Shown here piece by piece: positions 1 to 9,583 of a stretch of 59,923 nucleotides of DNA. Below the pieces are notes generated by a model. The model did no database searches. It was given only the letters and a program-made list of their open reading frames with translations, and was not told the DNA's origin. Both the position numbers and the translations under genes were made by a program. The DNA comes from a virus (lineage: Duplodnaviria > Caudoviricetes), in IMG/VR virus record IMGVR_UViG_3300020471_000096, positions 1 through 59,923 of that record; one strand, given 5' to 3'. The stretch's first letter is position 1. Each line of letters opens with the position of its first letter.

Positions 1-109
1 TTTAATTCTTTTGGAAAGCCTACATGTTGTATATTTTTTTTTTAGTTTTACCCTGCCATATTTTTTGCTGTTTAGTATAATCTTTCGGTTTATATGTATA
101 ACCATCAGC
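1..109. repeat. Terminal direct repeat, left copy (circular assembly overlap)
   Basis: 1-109 matches 59814-59923 except for the T-run length (T10 at 34-43 vs T11 at 59847-59857). Confidence 0.97.
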
Positions 110-589
110 CTTAGCTTGCTTTATCCATATACCTGCAACTAAAACAGTAAATCCACCAATTATGGCAGCTACAATTAACCAAGTTATAGCCTCGCCTATC
201 TGTCTTCTCAACTGTTGTTGTTTATAAACAGTTTCTTGTCTTTGCTTTCTTATCTGACCTTCCATAGCCAATAAATCATTGTATGCTTGCGGTCCGTAAG
301 TCATATTTAAAAACATTTTTAACTCGTATCTTTGTTCTTCGAGTTTCTTTTTTGCTGCATATGCAGCGAGAGCTGCTTCTTCTATAGATCCAGCTTTGAA
401 CAACTTTCCGAATAGGGGAGGATTCTTTGCTTGTTTTTCTGCATTGTCAATATCTGAGACAGCTCCCATCCATCTACCTATGTCCCCACTCATCTGTTCT
501 ATATCTCTTGCCGCTGCGAAGCCGCCTTTAATAGCCTTAAATGCGCTATTGGCTACACTCATTGCAGCAGTAATTGTTAATGGGTCCAT
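20..589 (-). CDS. Hypothetical protein with one C-terminal TM helix; 3' end probably mis-framed at a poly-A tract
   Basis: ORF with AAGGAA upstream; hydrophobic ITWLIVAAIIGGFTVLVAGIW; frame continues into 59643-59846 if the A-run is 9 or 12 nt. Confidence 0.8.
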   Translation of the reverse strand: MDPLTITAAMSVANSAFKAIKGGFAAARDIEQMSGDIGRWMGAVSDIDNAEKQAKNPPLFGKLFKAGSIEEAALAAYAAKKKLEEQRYELKMFLNMTYGPQAYNDLLAMEGQIRKQRQETVYKQQQLRRQIGEAITWLIVAAIIGGFTVLVAGIWIKQAKADGYTYKPKDYTKQQKIWQGKTKKKIYNM

Positions 590-601
590 ATTGTATTTTC
601 C

Positions 602-1384
602 TTATTTGTAGCCGCCACCTGCTTTCTTATAGGCTTTAGCCATCATCTGTGCTTTTCTGGCAGACCACTGACCGGGTCTTCCGCCCTTGCCGCCTGCTTT
701 AATTCTATTAAATATTCTTTTTCTAAGTCCGGGCTTGGTGTAATTACCAGCTTCGTTAACCCTGCTTTTTGTTTTACCACCCTCTTTCATATTCTTTTGC
801 ATTCTCTGCAAATTAGATGGTATTCTTGTTTTGCCCTCATTTATTCTTTTTTGTATTCTTCTTATTTCTTCAACAGTTAAGTCAGAGCCTGTCTTTTTTT
901 TCTTTTTGATAGCTCCTCCGGCTTTCATGCCATTGGCGCTTCCATCATCTATATTCTTTGCTGTCCTTAGTATTTGTAAGTCACCTGCATCAGTGCCTGA
1001 TGACACAAAGCCACCACTTTTTAATCTTTTAACTTTCATAATACCTCCTGCCTTTGCTTTTAATTTTCTAGGGACATCGGGATCTACTGATTCAGGTAAG
1101 TTATTTGGATTATAACGCCTTTGTCTTTGTGTATCCTTTGATTTTTTTCTTCTTATTGTTCTACCCGTATAAGTATCAGCTTTTTTCTTACTAGGGGATT
1201 TATTCATTGATTCTTCTGTTCCATGAAACTTTACAAATCCGTCATCATGAAATGGCTCTTTGTATTTTAAGTATGGCATATGATCTCTTCTAAATTTGTC
1301 TGCTCTAGTGTCGTAGACCAATTTACCGTCTATCATTTTGTATTTGCCAATAAGTTTTCTTTTTTTTGTTTTTTCTGCCATCAA
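602..1384 (-). CDS. Lys/Arg-rich protein with repeated K-x-G-G motifs and a C-terminal GGRPGQWSARKAQ module
   Basis: 260-aa ORF coupled to its neighbours; module recalled as DUF5872-like N-half. Confidence 0.75.
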   Translation of the reverse strand: MMAEKTKKRKLIGKYKMIDGKLVYDTRADKFRRDHMPYLKYKEPFHDDGFVKFHGTEESMNKSPSKKKADTYTGRTIRRKKSKDTQRQRRYNPNNLPESVDPDVPRKLKAKAGGIMKVKRLKSGGFVSSGTDAGDLQILRTAKNIDDGSANGMKAGGAIKKKKKTGSDLTVEEIRRIQKRINEGKTRIPSNLQRMQKNMKEGGKTKSRVNEAGNYTKPGLRKRIFNRIKAGGKGGRPGQWSARKAQMMAKAYKKAGGGYK

Positions 1385-1641
1385 GATTTCCTGTTTACTT
1401 TTCTAGCTTTACTAGTTCTTGCAAAAGATCTGTTTATTGACTTTGGCTTCACTGTGAGATTTTTTTTCTTATTATCTCTAGGGTTGCCATTCTTATGAGC
1501 AACATCTTTGCCGTCACCCTTCTTCACACGACCAGCAGTCTTCATCTTAGATCTAGCTGTATTCCTACTAGCTCTACGTTTCTTCTGATCTGTTTGCTTG
1601 TGGTAGTTGTCATACTCACCACGATAATTACGTTTTGGCAT
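1381..1641 (-). CDS. Small basic HNH-like protein
   Basis: DVAHKNGNPRDNKKKNL resembles an HNH beta-beta-alpha motif; GAGGA RBS. Confidence 0.65.
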   Translation of the reverse strand: MPKRNYRGEYDNYHKQTDQKKRRASRNTARSKMKTAGRVKKGDGKDVAHKNGNPRDNKKKNLTVKPKSINRSFARTSKARKVNRKS

Positions 1642-1786
1642 TATCCTCTACCCACTCGTATCCGTATTTACTTTGCCACTCAACATCAGTTGATATCAAG
1701 GCATTACATGTAATACATTGTACTTGCTTTTCTTTAGTGTCTTTTAAAGCTGTTTTGCATATAGGGCAAACTTCTTGTTTTATCAT
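1628..1786 (-). CDS. 52-aa zinc-ribbon protein (below ORF-track cutoff)
   Basis: MIKQEVCPICKTALKDTKEKQVQCITCNAL...: two CxxC pairs; fills the gap and overlaps the upstream stop (ATGA). Confidence 0.7.
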   Translation of the reverse strand: MIKQEVCPICKTALKDTKEKQVQCITCNALISTDVEWQSKYGYEWVEDNAKT

Positions 1787-2211
1787 ACTGCTCTAGTCTT
1801 TCCTCTCATAGCACAACCATCTATTGATCTTTTTCTTTTCATAGGTCCGCCTGCCATCATTCTTTGCATTTCAGTCATTCTATTAGATCCTGACATGTCT
1901 GCTTTTTGTCTTTTTCTTCTTTGCTGTTTTGCAAATGCCATTGGTAATATTCCACCCATTCCTGACTCAGCGAGTTTCATCATAGGTTTTTTACCCATAA
2001 TAGCAGGTATAAGGCCACTTCCTAATATTTTACCTATATTCTTTTTTATTACAGGTTTCTTTTTTATGTTTTTCATACCTAATAGTTTTTGACCTATTTT
2101 AGATATTGATTTTTTTGTGGATATTTTACCCCCACCTTTTGTTTTGTAATCTGGCATTCTATTACCTTTCATTTGTTGTCTCATAGAAGCTCTACTAATC
2201 AACACTTCCAC
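1783..2211 (-). CDS. Lys/Met-rich hypothetical protein (start probably ~2205/2202)
   Basis: ORF in the late operon; C-terminal IDGCAMRGKTRA motif. Confidence 0.7.
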   Translation of the reverse strand: MEVLISRASMRQQMKGNRMPDYKTKGGGKISTKKSISKIGQKLLGMKNIKKKPVIKKNIGKILGSGLIPAIMGKKPMMKLAESGMGGILPMAFAKQQRRKRQKADMSGSNRMTEMQRMMAGGPMKRKRSIDGCAMRGKTRAV

Positions 2212-2489
2212 CTTCTTCTAGCTTGTCTTAAACGACTATTAGGATTTTTTGCTGCTTTAGGAAACTTCTTCATTTGACCTGCAGATCTAGCACAGAAAGA
2301 CTTACGCCTCTTTGCAGCTTTACTGCCGGGCTTTACTTTTCCTGTAACTGCTGTCTTGAGTTTAGATCCGGGATTATCTCTTCGGTACTTTGCAACACCT
2401 TTTTTAGTCATACCTGCACCAGCTTTGGTGGGCCGCTTATGCCCACCGCTGATAGTGTGACCTTTCATAGTCCCTTTTTTTGTAGCCAT
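2199..2489 (-). CDS. Small highly basic phage protein
   Basis: AAKRRKSFCARS...RLRQARRRWKC; TAATG coupling with the upstream gene. Confidence 0.75.
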   Translation of the reverse strand: MATKKGTMKGHTISGGHKRPTKAGAGMTKKGVAKYRRDNPGSKLKTAVTGKVKPGSKAAKRRKSFCARSAGQMKKFPKAAKNPNSRLRQARRRWKC

Positions 2490-2773
2490 TACGATAAGAA
2501 CAAAGTTAACTTATTTCCAGATCCTGTAAAGGCATGTATGAAAGCACCGCTTTCTGCTAATATACCCTGATCTGGTATGTTCAAAGTGTGCAATCCTGTT
2601 GGAAAACTTTGAACTAATAAGTCTGCTCCTCCTGATCCATCTTTGATAGTTACCGCTCCTGCAGCGTTTCCAAAAATAACTACTTGTCTTATTCTTGTTC
2701 TATCTGGACCAACAACAGCAGCGCTGTCACCTTGGTTAAAGTTAAAGGCTTTTACGTCTGATCGACCTGCCAT
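2489..2773 (-). CDS. Hypothetical virion protein
   Basis: AGGAG RBS; beta-rich 94 aa downstream of capsid genes. Confidence 0.75.
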   Translation of the reverse strand: MAGRSDVKAFNFNQGDSAAVVGPDRTRIRQVVIFGNAAGAVTIKDGSGGADLLVQSFPTGLHTLNIPDQGILAESGAFIHAFTGSGNKLTLFLS

Positions 2774-2788
2774 TTAAGTCTCCTGTAA

Positions 2789-3415
2789 TTAAGCCTCATA
2801 GCCTATTAATTCAATTAATAGCTTACCTGCAGTATAGTCTGCATCTGTTGTTGACCCTAATGTTAGATACAAAAACTCATCTGCTGCTGGTAATCCAGTA
2901 AAATACACTTTTGTACCTATGGCTGCATTACCTGCATTGACTAATAATGTCTCTGTTAAACTTGAAATAGCGCCATCTTCCACACCAGTACCCTCTGTTG
3001 CAGAGTGTACGTTTATGTCATCTTCGCCACCTGCTGGGGTTTCAAAGCACTCCATACTACCAGCGATAATTGTGCCATTTTCTGCTGCTGTGATCTGGCC
3101 TATATGACAAACATTTGATGTGCCATCAACACCAATAATATCACCAGATGCTGTTGATCTTAGTCCAGTTAGGTCAATTAATATTCTTGTTGTTATAATT
3201 CCACCTTGTCTCATGACAGAGCTTCTGTAAATAGTTCCGGTTCCACCTGTGATACCAGTTCCTGCTTCTGTAGTGAGTTTATTAGCATCTAAAGATGCAA
3301 ATCCACTAGAATTAATACTTGATTGAGTTGTGATTGTTCCAGTTGTAGCGTTCTTGCTTATAGTGGTGAATCCACCCTCAGAACGGACCGGACCTGAGAA
3401 AGTTGTATTAGCCAT
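2789..3415 (-). CDS. Putative capsid decoration/minor structural protein
   Basis: MANTTFSGPVRS N-terminus; T/G/S-rich; directly after the major capsid gene; AGGAG RBS. Confidence 0.7.
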   Translation of the reverse strand: MANTTFSGPVRSEGGFTTISKNATTGTITTQSSINSSGFASLDANKLTTEAGTGITGGTGTIYRSSVMRQGGIITTRILIDLTGLRSTASGDIIGVDGTSNVCHIGQITAAENGTIIAGSMECFETPAGGEDDINVHSATEGTGVEDGAISSLTETLLVNAGNAAIGTKVYFTGLPAADEFLYLTLGSTTDADYTAGKLLIELIGYEA

Positions 3416-3468
3416 GTATAATCTCCTTGTCGTGGCAAATGTCTGCTAATGCAGTCAAGGGTTAAAGG

Positions 3469-3496
3469 AAGGGAGCCGGAAAGGAACAGCTCCCTT
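3469..3496 (-). terminator. Hairpin/attenuating terminator after the major capsid gene
   Basis: AAGGGAGC/GCTCCCTT 8-bp stem followed by CCTTTAA on the minus strand. Confidence 0.55.
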
Positions 3497-3503
3497 TAGG
3501 GGT

Positions 3504-4409
3504 TTATGCTCCCGGTGAACCAAACATTCCGAGAGGATCTGACACACCAAATGAGTATCTCTCACGGGCTTTGTATCTTACGTTACCTGTGTTGAAATCC
3601 CCATCCATTGATGTAGACATAGGTGTTCTCACGAACATCTTCATTCCATTAGGAACATCAGTTGTCAAGAAAAACGCATCTGTATCTGTTAAATAGTGAT
3701 TAACAGCAAAACCCTCTGGAATAGATCCGTTGGTTCTGATTGCGTTTAAGTCGTTATCTGCTGTTCCAACTCTTAGCTCTGATTGTAACACTCTAGTTGC
3801 AACAAACATTAGCGCTGGTGGAACGATAAGTTTTCTAGGTCTTGCTGCAATTAACAAACCTCTTTCGTCTACGAAAGCTGCAATGTCAATAACTGCTTGC
3901 TCTAAAGATGTCTCGTTCAAGTCAGCATTTGTTGTCAATCTATTTTTATTGTTACCACCAGCTACCGTTGGGTGAGCTGTGTTAAACAATGTTACACCAT
4001 CGCCACTAGTGAATGTATCAAAGCCTGTGTTAAGCAATGAAGCAGCTTTAGTCTGCTTTGTGTAAGCCATTGCTCTTGCTAGTGCTTTTGTATAACGAGC
4101 AGACAATGAATCATAAAGATTATCTTCCATTGCCTCTTCTGTTATTGAAAAGCCCATAGCCACAGTTTCGTGGTTGTACCTTGAAGTAAATGACTCTTGT
4201 GCAGAATCATAAGAAATAGCCGAACCCTCTGGCTTTACTGGGGCCGCCCCAAAGCCTGACAATTTGACTTCTTCTTCAAAACTACGCTCTGAGTTTTCTA
4301 CTTCATAAATTTCAGTATGTTCATCTTCATACTTCTCATACTCCAATCCAAACAATGCGTTTAGACCCGGTAATAGCTCCTTGAGGAGTTGCGCTCTTGA
4401 AATAGCCAT
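3504..4409 (-). CDS. Major capsid protein
   Basis: MAISRAQLLKELLPGLNALFGLEY ... YKARERYSFG, typical of this capsid family; GGAGG RBS; follows the scaffold gene. Confidence 0.9.
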   Translation of the reverse strand: MAISRAQLLKELLPGLNALFGLEYEKYEDEHTEIYEVENSERSFEEEVKLSGFGAAPVKPEGSAISYDSAQESFTSRYNHETVAMGFSITEEAMEDNLYDSLSARYTKALARAMAYTKQTKAASLLNTGFDTFTSGDGVTLFNTAHPTVAGGNNKNRLTTNADLNETSLEQAVIDIAAFVDERGLLIAARPRKLIVPPALMFVATRVLQSELRVGTADNDLNAIRTNGSIPEGFAVNHYLTDTDAFFLTTDVPNGMKMFVRTPMSTSMDGDFNTGNVRYKARERYSFGVSDPLGMFGSPGA

Positions 4410-4421
4410 ATTACAACCTCC

Positions 4422-5021
4422 TTAAGCTGCGCCACTAGTTGATGTAAGCTGATGATAATTGAATTTACAAACCAAGATTGGGAAGTTACTTCCTTTTTCA
4501 TCACCTAAGTCACCGCCTAGATAGTCTATTATTTTAATGCCGTCACCTGCATTTGTAGATATCTCAGAAGCGTCTAATGAAACACGGGATATACCTAATG
4601 TTGTATTAGCGGTTCCTTGAACTACAGGTGCGTTTTTACCGTATATGTCTCTTTCGTTTGAGAAAGATCCATCAGCTTGAATAGTAAATAATACGTTAGG
4701 ATCATCTACTACATAAGCCATTGCATCAGATGCTACGGTGCTTGCTGGAAAATGCTGACTAAAAGTCAACTGATTAGTATTTGGATCTGTAAATCGGCAA
4801 CCCATGAAAATACCACATAAGTCAGTTGCTGAACCATCCATAGTGCCTGTCATTTTTGCAATAGTAGTTGCATTACTGGCATTTACTAGCTGAACGATAT
4901 CGCCCTTAACTATAGCTGTGCTTTCACCAGATTTAATAGGATATTGTCTAAATACCTCTAATGAACCTGTGTCGAATCTACCGATAGGGTTTAATCCAAA
5001 TGGTGCTGCTGTGCTGCTCAT
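4422..5021 (-). CDS. Putative head decoration/minor capsid protein
   Basis: APFGLNP N-terminus; position immediately upstream of MCP; GAGG RBS. Confidence 0.7.
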   Translation of the reverse strand: MSSTAAPFGLNPIGRFDTGSLEVFRQYPIKSGESTAIVKGDIVQLVNASNATTIAKMTGTMDGSATDLCGIFMGCRFTDPNTNQLTFSQHFPASTVASDAMAYVVDDPNVLFTIQADGSFSNERDIYGKNAPVVQGTANTTLGISRVSLDASEISTNAGDGIKIIDYLGGDLGDEKGSNFPILVCKFNYHQLTSTSGAA

Positions 5022-5053
5022 TTTTACCTCTTCGGTTAATTTGTTAATATTTA

Positions 5054-5488
5054 TTACGAAGTGCGTGTGCTTTTCTCTGGTCTGAGTACTGGCATACGGG
5101 GGTCGGATTCCTTCATGTAACTATTGTCAACAGCCTGCATCTGTGATGATGCTTGGTTTTGCTGATAGTCCCTTCTGGCATCCATGTTTTCTGTTGAGTT
5201 CTTGCAAAGTAACAATCCTCCAACCTCTACATTACCTTTGAATTTGGAATCAACATCAGACATGATCTTCAACTCTGGATGATCTTCTAACTTTACAGGC
5301 TCCCAGCCTTCACGAAATTTTGATGACACATTTGTCATATCAGACTGTCCAAGGGCAGATGTACGAATCCATCGGAACTCTACACCCTCTTGTGGCGTTG
5401 GATCAGGTAAAGCTGACGGTCTTTGCCATGTTGCCTTACGTTCTGATTTTTCTCTTGTGTCTTCTGTGCGTGAATCTCTATTAGCCAT
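5054..5488 (-). CDS. Conserved head-module hypothetical protein
   Basis: FRWIR...REGWEPV...VGGLLL motifs; lies between scaffold and capsid genes. Confidence 0.8.
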   Translation of the reverse strand: MANRDSRTEDTREKSERKATWQRPSALPDPTPQEGVEFRWIRTSALGQSDMTNVSSKFREGWEPVKLEDHPELKIMSDVDSKFKGNVEVGGLLLCKNSTENMDARRDYQQNQASSQMQAVDNSYMKESDPRMPVLRPEKSTRTS

Positions 5489-6488
5489 TTAATGATTCCT
5501 TCAATAATTGTTGCGCATATTGTTCAGGGGTAAGCCCAAGCCTCTTTGCGAGAGAGATCTGGGTAGAGGTTAATTGCACCTTGCGTGGTTTTTTTGCACT
5601 TCGATTAACCGGGGCAACCACGTTACCAGCAGTGCGTTGAGGTGCTTCTACCTCTTCTGTCTCAACACTCTGCTTGTCTTCTTTATCATCTGATGTGAAA
5701 TAGCTTGGGAACGCTTTTCTAAGCGAGCTATCTACTCTTTGATAATACTCATCTGGTTCTAACAATGGATTGATGCCTGCTTTTACTAACTTAGCATGAA
5801 TACCATGAGCGTATCCTGTCATCTCTTCATATCCATCTTTGTTAAACCAATCATTTCTTTCAAGCCATTCTTTATCTTTTCCGGTTGGCTCTTTAACTTT
5901 TGGGGTAGCCGACTCCTGTGGAGGAACATCAGAAATCGGCTGGGTTCTTACCTGTGGCTTATAATTATCAACTCTATATTTTTCATTCTGTATATTACTT
6001 AATTTTTCTTGTGCCTCTACTAATTTATCAGGATCTCCTGATTCATAGGCTTCTTTGTATTCTTGTTTTGCTTTTGCAAGCTGGGCATCAACTCTTCCTT
6101 TTGCTTGCTCGACAAGGACACTCTCTCCATCATCAATAGTTTTTCTTAACTTTTTATTTTCTTCTACGAGTCTTTGCGCATGAGCCACAGCCTCATCACT
6201 TGTTCTTTTGGCTTCTTCTTTTTGCCTTCTTTCTTCGTGATACTCGTATTTAAGTTGCTTAATTCTTTTTTGTACATCACCTTTATACCCCCTTATCTCA
6301 TCTTCATCGGGTATATCTGGCTCTGTATTCTCTGCTCTTTTTGGTCTATTTCTGTCTTGTTCGGGTGTATCGTCTACAACCTCAACCTCAACAGGATCTT
6401 GATTTAATGCTATAGGCTGTTCTTTTGTCTGCTCTATATTATCGTCTATCTGAACTTCTTGTTCTAATTTTTCTGCTGTGTTTTCCAT
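5481..6488 (-). CDS. Capsid scaffolding protein
   Basis: Acidic coiled coil; C-terminal AKRLGLTPEQYA; position between portal and MCP. Confidence 0.75.
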   Translation of the reverse strand: MENTAEKLEQEVQIDDNIEQTKEQPIALNQDPVEVEVVDDTPEQDRNRPKRAENTEPDIPDEDEIRGYKGDVQKRIKQLKYEYHEERRQKEEAKRTSDEAVAHAQRLVEENKKLRKTIDDGESVLVEQAKGRVDAQLAKAKQEYKEAYESGDPDKLVEAQEKLSNIQNEKYRVDNYKPQVRTQPISDVPPQESATPKVKEPTGKDKEWLERNDWFNKDGYEEMTGYAHGIHAKLVKAGINPLLEPDEYYQRVDSSLRKAFPSYFTSDDKEDKQSVETEEVEAPQRTAGNVVAPVNRSAKKPRKVQLTSTQISLAKRLGLTPEQYAQQLLKESLNG

Positions 6489-6859
6489 TATGCCCTCGTA
6501 TATTCTCTAGGATCATCAACGACAGCCTCTACTGTGTCATCGTTAATAAGTCTAAATTCTTCGCCTCTTAGTTTAAATCTTGTTCCAGAATAAGATCTGA
6601 AAATAACAAAATCACCTTCTTTACAGTATGGTCCGTCAGGAAACTTCTCTGCGTCTTTGTACGCAGCATCTCCCAATGCGATGACCAAACCTATAATAGA
6701 TGCGGTTTGCTCTAATCCTTTTAACTTATCTGGAATAATAACACCACCTTGAGTTTTTTCTTCTAACTTAGGTATTGCTATCAATAATTTGTAACCTTTT
6801 GGCTCCGGTAATTTACGAGTAGTATCTTCGTCTAGTTCTATCTTTTCTGCAGAGTACAT
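6488..6859 (-). CDS. groES: Co-chaperonin GroES (Cpn10)
   Basis: PKGYKLLI...EEKTQGGVIIP...GDFVIFRSYSGT...RLINDDTVEA fits the Cpn10 pattern. Confidence 0.9.
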   Translation of the reverse strand: MYSAEKIELDEDTTRKLPEPKGYKLLIAIPKLEEKTQGGVIIPDKLKGLEQTASIIGLVIALGDAAYKDAEKFPDGPYCKEGDFVIFRSYSGTRFKLRGEEFRLINDDTVEAVVDDPREYTRA

Positions 6860-6963
6860 CTCTGATCCTTTTGCAGTGATTTAGGTTCACAGTCACCTTG
6901 CAGGCTTTAACGCCTGAATATCGTTATTTTAAATATACACAACTATTGACAAGTTGGGAACCC

Positions 6964-7158
6964 CTAATCGTCAATAAATCTTTTTTCAGTCTCTTGCAAC
7001 AATTCTCTAGCAATGGACAACCCCTCGATTTTTCCGACAAGTCTTTGATATTCCTCGAAATTACTAGGTCTGCCGGATGATAAATGGTCAGTGACAGCAT
7101 CCATTTCCTCCTGTATTTTTTTTATTACAGGTGTGTATATAGTTTCATTTCTACTCAT
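6964..7158 (-). CDS. Small hypothetical protein
   Basis: FEEYQRLVGKIEGL motif; overlaps the portal stop. Confidence 0.7.
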   Translation of the reverse strand: MSRNETIYTPVIKKIQEEMDAVTDHLSSGRPSNFEEYQRLVGKIEGLSIARELLQETEKRFIDD

Positions 7159-9574
7159 TTTGTAGTTGCTTTGCTGCTTCCATCACTAACTTTGCTTCTT
7201 CTTTTTGATCTTTAGAAGCGTCTGTTGCTAATTTAGCTGCTATTCTCACACCTTCTCTTCTGTCTTCAGATTCTAATCTTTCTGTTTGAATTTTTTCATT
7301 GTTTTTTGCTTTTAACGCATCTAGTTCTAATTTAGCTAAATCCATTTGTTTTTTATGTTCTAGCTCGTCTTCTTTAATTTTTAGTTCTCTTTGCTGTATT
7401 TGGGTCAAAGGATCTTGTTGTTGTTTTAGAGCCTCTTGCTGTTGCATCTCTGCAGTGTTTTGCTGCAATAATTTTTCCGCAGCTTGCGCAGTAATTCTTG
7501 AAAGCTCTTCTTCTGTGTCCTCTGGAAGTGGCTTTTCTTCACTAGGCATTGCAACACCAAGATTCTTTTCAATTTCTTTTCTATATTGAAATGCCACATG
7601 CTCTGTTATGTGAGCAGACAAAGCTGCCTGTATCGCACCTGCAAAAGGTGATTGCCCTACAATTTCTTTTAATTTAGGATCGTTTGCTGCAGCTAGGTGA
7701 ACCTTTATGTGAGCTTCATGATCCTGATACTTGAACGCTTTTACAGGCTCTTGTTTAAGTATTGCCATATTTTCTGTCACTGGATCTGATGGCTTAATGT
7801 CATCTGGTAATTTAATAATATCTTTGGCATCTTGTATTCCAAGCACTTCTAACATCTGTCTGTGTAACTTACCCATGTCGTATAGCTGTGGGGCTTGTTG
7901 TGCTAACTGAAGAGCAGCCTGATATTGCATTACCCTTTGTGACATTGTGGCTGCATTAGGATCTGACACAGGTATGACGTCAACTCTGTCATCAAAATCT
8001 TTTGCTCTATCAAAGTCACCTTCCATCTCATAAGCGTATACGCTGCCCATGTAGTCACGAATAACATTTGATAATAATCTTAACTCATTTTTTAAAGCTG
8101 CGTGTAGCCTAGCCTGAACGCCAGACATAACTTTCATGGATCTTTCCATAAGCGCAAGAGTAGTTCCTACTGGTGCTTGGGCGTTGATGTCTCCGACTTG
8201 TATATCTGCAACGGAGCCAATCCTTCTCCCCTCATCAACGATATTTCCGAGCAACTGGTACAAGACCGAGCTTGGTTCTTTGTAAGGTATGAAAGTAATA
8301 GCGTCACGAATTGCACCACCCGGGACATCAACGTCACGGAACTCACCCGGCATGAGAGGTGAATCATCCCCTTTGATACGAAGACCCCTAGCTTTAAGAC
8401 CAGCCGGTAAATTAGAGAGCGTACCTGCATCGATGAGTTGTCTGAGTATTGAGGTTGCGCTTTTTGCGAGTCCCCCGATGAGGTGTATAAGTCCTGTACC
8501 GTAAAAGCCCAACCCGGGGAGATACCTATAGTGGACAAAGTATTGTCGCTTTCTTTTCTTTTTGTCGTCTTCATAATAATTTCTCCTGATTGATAATATC
8601 TCTCTTGAAGATTTATCTATCGTAATAACATATGGTCTTGCTATCCCGTCTTCATCGTTGAACGGCTCTGGCATTTCCATATCAACATGCATTTCAAGCA
8701 GTGTGTGCCTGTCATCATCTTCTATTGTTGCTGATTCTCCATCAAGTTCATCGTACTTTTCTTGTATGTCTGACATATCTGGCTCAGGGTCAGGTAATTC
8801 TATATCTCTATAAAAACCATTGTTTTGTAATTTAGCTATATCATTTGCTGATTTTTTCATTACGTGAGTGTATCTCTCACATGTCATTAAATCAGATGCA
8901 CCATAAGAAACAACAAAGTCCTCTGCAGGCACAAACATTGCACATGGCCTTTCCATGATAGGATCATAATAAACTTTTTTAAAAGCAGAGCCTGCGAGAG
9001 GTAGCTTAAAAAGCATTTGCTCTGTCTCATCACGATACTCTGTCATCTCTTCTGTAAGCAGATAATTCATCTCGTTTTCTACTCGTGCAGCCTGCTCTGT
9101 TTTTTCAACAGACATCTTTCCAACTATCTTTGTTCTAACAGGACCAGATGCAGGGAATATCTCCCCCATAGCCTGTGCTTGAAATCTAACTATTGATTCT
9201 GTAAGTATTGGGTGAAATACACCGGATGATCCTGCCCAAGGCTGTTGTCTTTCTTCTATCTTCATACCAAGAAGATCTAAGCCTTTCACATAGCTTTTTG
9301 CCCATTCACTTCTTGATTGTCTGTCTGAATTAAAACTGGATATTAATTCACTTGCCATAGACTGTAGATCAGCCTCATCTATTTGATCTGCCAAGTTTGC
9401 ATCAAAACCACCTGACATAATTTCTTCTACTTGTTCTCCTGTGAAATCTATTATCATGCCACCATCTTCTGTTTCTATAGATACAGAATCAGGATTTTCA
9501 ACTTCTATGCTTACATCAGGTTCTGCCATTTCTTTAAATGTAGTAGCTGGTGTCATAACCTTTTCTATAGCCAT
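7151..9574 (-). CDS. Portal protein (P22-like, long C-terminal coiled coil)
   Basis: 807 aa after terminase; GSAFKKVYYDP and PGLGFYG motifs; Gln-rich barrel-like C-terminus. Confidence 0.88.
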   Translation of the reverse strand: MAIEKVMTPATTFKEMAEPDVSIEVENPDSVSIETEDGGMIIDFTGEQVEEIMSGGFDANLADQIDEADLQSMASELISSFNSDRQSRSEWAKSYVKGLDLLGMKIEERQQPWAGSSGVFHPILTESIVRFQAQAMGEIFPASGPVRTKIVGKMSVEKTEQAARVENEMNYLLTEEMTEYRDETEQMLFKLPLAGSAFKKVYYDPIMERPCAMFVPAEDFVVSYGASDLMTCERYTHVMKKSANDIAKLQNNGFYRDIELPDPEPDMSDIQEKYDELDGESATIEDDDRHTLLEMHVDMEMPEPFNDEDGIARPYVITIDKSSREILSIRRNYYEDDKKKRKRQYFVHYRYLPGLGFYGTGLIHLIGGLAKSATSILRQLIDAGTLSNLPAGLKARGLRIKGDDSPLMPGEFRDVDVPGGAIRDAITFIPYKEPSSVLYQLLGNIVDEGRRIGSVADIQVGDINAQAPVGTTLALMERSMKVMSGVQARLHAALKNELRLLSNVIRDYMGSVYAYEMEGDFDRAKDFDDRVDVIPVSDPNAATMSQRVMQYQAALQLAQQAPQLYDMGKLHRQMLEVLGIQDAKDIIKLPDDIKPSDPVTENMAILKQEPVKAFKYQDHEAHIKVHLAAANDPKLKEIVGQSPFAGAIQAALSAHITEHVAFQYRKEIEKNLGVAMPSEEKPLPEDTEEELSRITAQAAEKLLQQNTAEMQQQEALKQQQDPLTQIQQRELKIKEDELEHKKQMDLAKLELDALKAKNNEKIQTERLESEDRREGVRIAAKLATDASKDQKEEAKLVMEAAKQLQNE
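8167..8574 (-). CDS. Candidate overprinted 135-aa ORF nested in the portal gene
   Basis: AGGAG 8 nt before ATG; alternative frame open for 135 codons; host-frame codons locally GC3-rich. Confidence 0.4.
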   Translation of the reverse strand: MKTTKRKESDNTLSTIGISPGWAFTVQDLYTSSGDSQKAQPQYSDNSSMQVRSLIYRLVLKLGVFVSKGMIHLSCRVSSVTLMSRVVQFVTLLLSYLTKNQARSCTSCSEISLMRGEGLAPLQIYKSETSTPKHQ

Positions 9575-9583
9575 GATAATCTC

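Noticed and set aside
1-109. Biological terminal repeat of the virion DNA
   Set aside because: Falls mid-gene at a homopolymer, so more likely an assembly overlap of a circular or permuted genome.
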